From Hyaloraphidium curvatum SAG 235-1 (taxonomy: Eukaryota > Fungi > Monoblepharomycota): a stretch of 64,000 bases of DNA. Where the stretch lies: assembly GCA_025558095.1 (NCBI GenBank), contig JAIVFI010000042.1, positions 248,001 to 312,000 on the forward strand. Direction: 5' to 3'. The position numbers and the translations under genes were made by a program. Every line of letters begins with the position of its first letter. Position 1 is the first letter of the stretch. The notes under the pieces were generated by a model, which was given only the letters and a program-made list of their open reading frames with translations, was not told where the DNA came from and ran no database searches. Positions 57,374 through 64,000 of this stretch are shown here, piece after piece.

Positions 57374-58745
57374 ATGAATCGCGATGAGGCCATCCGTTGC
57401 CTCGAGATCGCGAAGGAACGGTTTCGGCGAGGGGACCTTGAGGCCGCGCTGAAGTTTGCGCAGAAGGCCAAGGCACTTGACTCTGGGCTCGACGAGGTGC
57501 ACGACTACGTCGAGTTCGTCCTTCTGACGAAGGAGCGCAGCAATCGGAGCAGCGGCGCCGGACCTTCCGAAGGACCGTCGGTTCCGGAAGGGGAAGGGAT
57601 CAGGCACCGGCGCCATCCCGCGGGCACCTCCGAGAACGGCGCCGCGGCAACCGCCAACGGCTCCGCAACGGGATCTCGGGCGCACGCCCCTTCAGCCAAA
57701 AAGGAGTACACCGTTGAGCAGGCCGAGGCCGTCAAGGTCGTGCTAAAGATGAAGCACGACTACTACAAAGTTCTGGACGTGGAGCGGACTTGCGTGGAGG
57801 TTGAGCTGAAGAAAGCCTACCGGAAGAAGGCTCTGGTGCTTCACCCCGATAAGAACGGGGCCCCTGGTGCCGATGAGGCGTTCAAGATAGTCTCGAAGGC
57901 GTACCAAGTTCTGTCCGACGAGACTTTGCGGAGGCGGTACGACCAGACCGGGGCCGATCCCGGTTCCCGGGACTCCATGGCCGGCCCTGGCGGCATGTAC
58001 GCCGGCGCGCGTTTCCAGGAGGAGCTGTCGCCGGAAGATCTCTTCAATCTTTTCTTTGGACAAATGGCCGGCGGCCCTGGTAGGTGCTTACGCCGTCCTA
58101 GATTAGCTCGATCTGACCGCCCCCCTGGTGACAGGCTTCCACACGTTCACGACGCGCGGTCCAGGTTTCCAATTCCGGGTTAATCGGCCCCAGCGCCGGC
58201 CGGATCAAGCGCAAGACGGCACTTTCTCCTGGGGTCCCCTCCTCCCCCTCCTCCTCCTTTTGTTGATTTCCATCTTGTCCCCTCTCCTCGGCGGTGGACC
58301 ATCTGGTAAGCCTTGCGGCCGCTCCGTCCCGTGCCTTCGCAGCTGACAGAGTGCCGACAGTGCCGGCCTTCTCCCTCTCGCGGTCACCGCCACATACGCT
58401 TCCGCGTACAACAAGCAACCACGGTGTCAACTATTTCGTGGACCCTCGGACCTTCCCGTACACAACGGTGCGAGATCGGACGGAAGAGCGGCGCTTGCGA
58501 CAGTTCGAGAACGAGGTTGAGGACTTTTACGTCCGAAATCTCCAACATCGCTGCCAATGGGAGATGTGCGTCGCTTCCTACATCGTTGAGCGTCATCATT
58601 CTGCTGACGTGTTCGTCCTAGGGACCGCAAACGCGCGGCGATCCAAGCTGCCAGAGGGCTCTTTAGCGTGGACCAGGAACGGCTACAGGCCGCGCAGGCG
58701 ATGCGGCTTGAGAGCTGCGAAGAGCTGCGGACATGGAGTAGATAG
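57374..58745 (+). CDS. ER-membrane J-domain protein, DNAJB12/14 (Hlj1)-like
   Basis: MNRDEAIRCL N-terminus, J domain with HPDKN, ELSPEDLFNLFFG, transmembrane helix, DUF1977-like C-terminus. Confidence 0.9.
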
Positions 58746-58781
58746 ATGGAGCCAGTCTTGATTTGAAGGGTTGATGTTGAT

Positions 58782-59860
58782 CTAGTCCTTCTTCAACCTG
58801 ATGATCGCCCGCTCGCCGACCTTTTCCAGGGTGAGGTTACCCCTCTTGCTCTCGGCGAGGTAGTGGCGCAAGAGGTTCATGTCCCGAGGGATCGATGGCC
58901 GCGGCGGCACGGCGAACTTGTCCGGCCTGGCGTAGTAGAGGCGTTCCGCGCGCGTGAGGTGGGACGTAACCACCTTCCCCCCGAGTTCCTCAATCCTCCG
59001 GATCGCTTGGGCAGAGACCTTGGCCACTCGGATCTCCACATCGCGCGTTGTAAACGCTTCCGCTCCCTGTGCGAGGATGAGTTTAGACCAGCATCGCGAT
59101 GGGGTCGAAAACGCACTTCGGCGAGGATGGCGACGCCATCCTTTATGCTCTGCACGAGACCCGACTTGTAGAGGACAAGTGTGGTAATCGGCTTCGTTGG
59201 GTCTATCCGTCCCCTGTCGATCCAGTACTGGAGCTTGTTCAGCTGGACGGGAAAGTGCTTTCGCAACGGTCTTGCCGGAGGTCAGCCCACGTCCGGCCAA
59301 AATGTGCCCGGAGAGCTGCTAACCTCGAAAGGCGCACGCCGTGCTTCGGAACCACGTGGAAGAATGTCGTCTGGCCGCCTTCAAAGCCCCGTGGCCCCGG
59401 CTGACCGCTGTGCCTGTTTAGCCAACCCTTGTTGCCCCTGGGACGACCTTCACGGTAAGTCCGGCGGCAGGACGTGCACCCGACGGCAACGAACCGCCCG
59501 GAACGTTTGCCCCTTCCTGAGCCCAACCCTCTCCCCCACCGCTTGCGCTGGCGAACCACCATTGAGAAATTCGCGCGCCAAGCCATCGTTCAGGCCTACG
59601 TAGACGCGCGCGCCCGGGTTGTCCTTGATAGAATTGAGGCCGATCGTGTTCGACGCCGCCCGCGGCTTCACGATGACTGGTTTCCGCGATGCGGCTGGGG
59701 ATGCGTGCGACTTGACGGTTCGCGTCTGCACAGTCGACGCAGCGCTGCCGGCCGCTGCGCGCCGACTGGGGGTCGAGAGCGCGAAAAGGGTCGACGCAAA
59801 CGTCCAACTGGGGAGAAACGGGCTCCGATGAAGGCACTGGACGAGGCCGCGGTGCGCCAT
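58782..59860 (-). CDS. MRPL15: Mitochondrial large-subunit ribosomal protein uL15m
   Basis: Presequence; IKDNPGA, KRWGRGLGSGRGK, GFEGGQT, LNKLQYWIDRGRID, SAQAIRRIEELGG. Confidence 0.88.
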
Positions 59861-60025
59861 GATGTGATGTGGTTGCTCGTGACTGCGCGGCGCGCGCACT
59901 ACAGCCCGGGGCGTCGGCTCCGCTGGCAATCCAGGAAACGCGCCGATATGGCTCCTTCACGCGCCGGTTGAGCCGCTGAATCCTTTCGGCACGCCGGTTA
60001 CTTGCGCTCGGCACGTGCAGGCGAC

Positions 60026-63000
60026 ATGTCCTTCCTGAGCGCGTTCCTCGCGCCTCCCCCGCCGAAGACGGATCCCGGGGAGACGGTGTCGAAGGTCCGC
60101 CGACGCTTTCTTGCTCTGCAGTCTTGGAGCTCACGAGCTGCTCCGCTCAATGATGTCAATAGCTGGTGGACCGTCTGAAAACGGGGAACTTGGCCGAGGA
60201 CAGGCGCGCTGCTGCATTGGGACTCAAGGGCCTTGTCCGGGAGTACCGATTGGTGGGGACTGGTCCTCTTTCCCCCGTACTTGCTCGTGCTGAATTGCAT
60301 GCTGTGGACGCCAAGGACGTGGGAACCAAGGGCCTGGGCGTGCTGGCAGAAATCATCAAGAACGACCCCGACCTGGAAACGCTGAAAGCCGTCCTGGAGA
60401 CCGTCAACTTGCTCTGCACGGTCGAACCTACCAGCCGAGCGAAAGACGACGGGACTCCCGTGGAGGACCTCGCGGTCATGGTGGGGCAAAATCCCGTGCT
60501 CGTGGGCTTCTCGCTCATTCCGCCCACTCCCCACAGTTCACGGAGATATTCATGAAGGTGCCGGGACCTTTCGGGACTTCTCGATTCCTGCTCACGCCAC
60601 TGTTTCGCCAGGATCCGAGCAATGTTTCGGCGCTTCTTGCCATCCTGGAGGAGACCAACTTTTATGTCCGCTTCCAAACCGTGGAGCTTCTCGGCACGCT
60701 GCTCCACAACCGGCCCGACCAGCTGCAGGATTGCGTTCTGGCCGCCCCAATGGGCTTATCTAGGCTGATTGATCTCCTTGAGGACCGGAGAGAGGCCATT
60801 CGGAATGGTCGGTGGTGCGCAGCAAGGGCCCGACACCTGATGTTGACTTGCAGATAGCTGGCTTGCTTCTTCTCATCACCCTGACTCAAACCAACGCGGA
60901 CATTCAGAAGATCGTTGCCTTCGAGAACGCTTTCGAAAGGTTGTTTCAGATCGTGGTCGAGGAGGGAGCGTCGGACGGTGGGATTGTCGTCCAGGATTGC
61001 TTGAACCTCGTGCACAACCTGCTTCGCTACAACACCTCGAACCAGGTGGGCTCCCTGGGTGTGAAGGTATCCCCGGTTGCCTAACACGTCGCTTTAGAAC
61101 TTGTTCCGGGAAAGCGGCCTTGTCAAGCGCCTTCCGCAGTTGTTGCTGTCCAAGTCGGATTCGGGCGAGGTGCCGCTGAACCATCCTTCGGTGCAATGGC
61201 ACGATCAGAAGATCCACAATGCGATCCTCATCCTGGAGCTTGTGAGGATTCTGTGTGTTCCCAACGATCCCAACACCACAGCCAATCAGGTATCCTTCAT
61301 TGTCCTGCACCGTGTGCGCTTGCTTACGTAAAGACTCAGGTCCTGATGAACCAAGCTTCCATACTCAGCGCCGTCGTGGGCCTGGCACTCGCACCTCACG
61401 TGCCGGTGCAAGTCCGTGCGCAGGCCTTCTACGCCATCGCGGATGCGATTCGGGGGAGCCACGTGAACCAGGACGCATTCGCCCGCTCGGTGCTCCCGCC
61501 TCAGCCCGGTTATACCTCCATCACGCAACCGGCGCTGCTGATAACGATATCCAACGCTCTGGCGACCTCCAAGACGCTGGACGACTTTGTGCTCCGCTCA
61601 GCGTCGACCTACTGCTTCCAAGTAGGTGCTTGTGCACTTACCCGACGCCGGAGAGTGCTCAACGCCTGCAGTGCTATGTCTTCAACAACCCGGAAAGTCA
61701 GCTGGCTGTGGCCGCGACTTTCCAAGCACCGCCGGCCGACAACCCAAACAGCGAAGCACAAGGTAGGGCCGGTGCTGTGTTCAGCCCCTGGTCCTGCAAT
61801 GACCTTCTACAGATAAACCTCAGTCGGCGGGTTCCATTATACTCGATTCCTTGCTTTACTGGGAAGGCGCGCGCAAAGACCCGTACATCGTTTGGTTCGC
61901 AAGCGTCCTCCTCTCTCACGTCCTGCGCAAGAATGAGCAGTGCAAGGAGCTCGCACTCGCTGTGTCCGTCTCCGAGGATGCCACTGGTATGTGGCGTGTG
62001 AATGTTGTTGTTCTCAGCCCGCTGAATCTGCATGTAACGCAGGCGACAGCGTGAAGCTCATGCACAAGGTCATGTACACGGTGACCATGACCATCAGAGA
62101 AAATCTTGACGTTCGTGCACAAATCGGGCTGCTCTGCGTGCTCGCGGTGTGGTTCTACGAGTGCCCGCCGGCAGTCGCCGAGTTCCTGTCGGAGAGCTCC
62201 AACCTATCCTATGTGAGGCCGAGCAGCTTCTGCATCGCGCTGCTTGACTCATCGCCGCCGTCAACAGCTCATCGAGCAGGTGAAGCAGTCTGGAATCAAT
62301 CCCCTCACACAGGGTCTTGCCGCTTTCCTTCTGGGGCTGTGCTATGAATTCAACGACGACTCAGAGCCATCAGTTACGAGGTTCGTGGGCAGCCGCGATG
62401 TCAACGTTCTTTCCACAAACTGTCCGCACCAGGGCAACGATGAAGCCGATCATCACTAATCGGATAGGGATCGACCTTTTCCGAAGTCGGCTTGAGCGCC
62501 TGCGAGAATCGAGGCCTTTCAACAAGGTCTCGCCAAACATGATGGTGCGATGCGTGTAGCTGCGCCGAGGTCAGTGCACTCATGGATGCTACAGATCTCT
62601 GGCGAGATAGATGCCAAGGGCCTCCCGGACGTCTTCTTTGACTACTCCTTCACGGATTTCTTCAAGTCAAACTACGGTGATGCCGAGCATCGATAGCTTG
62701 GTCCAGCATGTGCTAATCAAAACCTTGCTATTGCAGAGGCATTGCTCAATTCCATCACAACGGGGGGGCCAGCACGACCACGGACAGATGCAAAATGTGA
62801 GCTGATCGCGACATGTTCGGCCGTTCGAGCTGATCTCCCGGGGTGAACCCAGCATCACCAATCGCCGGCGACCCCCAAGACCTGTCCGACCAAAGGGCAC
62901 TGCTGACGAAGCAGCGGATGGAGCTGGAATCTCTTCAGCAGCGCGTCAGCGAACTGGAGGCGTTCCTGGCTTCGGAGAGGGAAGCATTTGCGCAGGAGCG

Positions 63001-63199
63001 CTCGGCGATGAACAAAACCATGGAGGACCTCATGGAAAAGCTGGCGACTAAAGAGAAGGAGGAGGAGGAGCTCCTGCTCTTGCTTGCCGACCAGGACTTG
63101 AAGCTCAAGGAGTTGGGCTACAACGACGATGATGGCGAGCCGGAAGAGGCGGCAGACGACGGGAATGACCATGATGAAGTAGACGGGGGTATACAGTAG
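60026..63199 (+). CDS. USO1: Uso1/p115 vesicle tethering protein (many short introns)
   Basis: LVDRL...EDRRAAALGLKG, DRREAIRN, IQKIVAFENAFERLF, GGIVVQDCL, LLRYNTSNQ, QGLAAFLLG, C-terminal EEELLLLLADQD and acidic tail. Confidence 0.92.
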
Positions 63200-63222
63200 T
63201 AGCTGTCCTATACCACAGTGGA

Positions 63223-64000
63223 TCAGATGACGCAGTAGTCTCGCATGACCATGTGCGCGAGGTGTTGTGCCCCCGTGGACATGTAGATGCCGCAGAGGTT
63301 GTACGCCGCCTCCTGAACGTACGAGTTGCCTCCTGCAGTGCTTCCTTCGGCCAGGACAGTCTCGTAGTAGGGAATTGCAAGATGAAAGAGGCCTGTGGGG
63401 GGTTATGAAATAGCCAGGGCGACATGCCAAAACAGCGCACCTATCTGGTGAAACGCCCGCGCTATGTTGTAGCACGCTTCGCCATTGCCGCGCCGCAGGT
63501 CATAGTAACGAAAAAGGAAGGTGAAGGCCTATTCCGCGTTAGCTGGCGAGGCAGCTCTGCACACAGTCGTCCCTCGACCGACCTGCACAATCTGCAAGTG
63601 ACGGTTGTCCGTTTGCCTGTTCATGGCCCTGTGAAGAAAAGCTATCCCAAGACTGAGGTTGATCAGGGGATCGTTGTTGCTTATGTTGTACGCCTTGATG
63701 TACGAGGCTGCAGTGCGGCGCTAAGCCAAAAGGTTGAAACGGGTGCATGCGTCCCACATATCGCATTAGAGTATGATCGTGCGGCCAGAAGGATGTGGCC
63801 ATAAAGGCAGACAAGCATGGCGTTCTGGTTTGCAGGGCTGTCGGGAGCCTTGCGAGCCTTGTTCTCCATTTGGTTGATGAGGCGCAAGAAAGCCTTCTGA
63901 ACATTGGACTGTGCATAAGCCGAGACGGCGTCCGGTCCTCTGCACCAATCACATGAGAAATCGCGGCCGGCCACCATGCCCTGCGGCTGTGGCGCGGTGC
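63223..64000 (-). CDS. TFC4: 3' end of TFIIIC TPR subunit Tfc4/GTF3C3
   Basis: Spliced translation LYGHILL, PLINLSLGIAFLHRAMNRQTDNRHLQIVQ, EACYNIARAFHQIG, LAIPYYE, EAAYNL...IY; stop at 63223; gene continues beyond the window. Confidence 0.88.

Overview
Gene-dense, GC-rich eukaryotic (fungal) chromosomal segment with about 32 protein-coding genes. Most are split by short (about 45-70 nt) GT-AG introns, so the ORF track shows only fragments; I rebuilt gene models by hand from splice signals and conserved motifs. The gene content (ZMYND10 ciliary factor, DUF5092-like protein, PEX16, intronless F-box/LRR-like genes) suggests an early-diverging zoosporic-lineage fungus, possibly a monoblepharid such as Hyaloraphidium (inference, not verified). 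Housekeeping genes: YTA7/ATAD2, RPS25, HSP78, PCT1, ILV1, PEX16, SHPRH/IRC20, TMA7, RRP5, DNAJB12/HLJ1, mitochondrial uL15, USO1, TFC4. Most interesting: (i) a left-end accessory block with a secreted GH110-like beta-helix glycosidase, a P450 and a secreted bacterial-type vanadium haloperoxidase carrying a hidden Cys-rich C-terminal exon; (ii) a ZMYND10 that stops exactly before its MYND zinc finger; (iii) a 15-kb neighbourhood enriched in alkylation/DNA-damage-type genes (ATL1, DinB-family, AlkB-like, sirtuin, SHPRH); (iv) two spliced microprotein genes not recoverable from the ORF track; (v) three GC-AG introns. No rRNA, tRNA, CRISPR or transposon was recognised.
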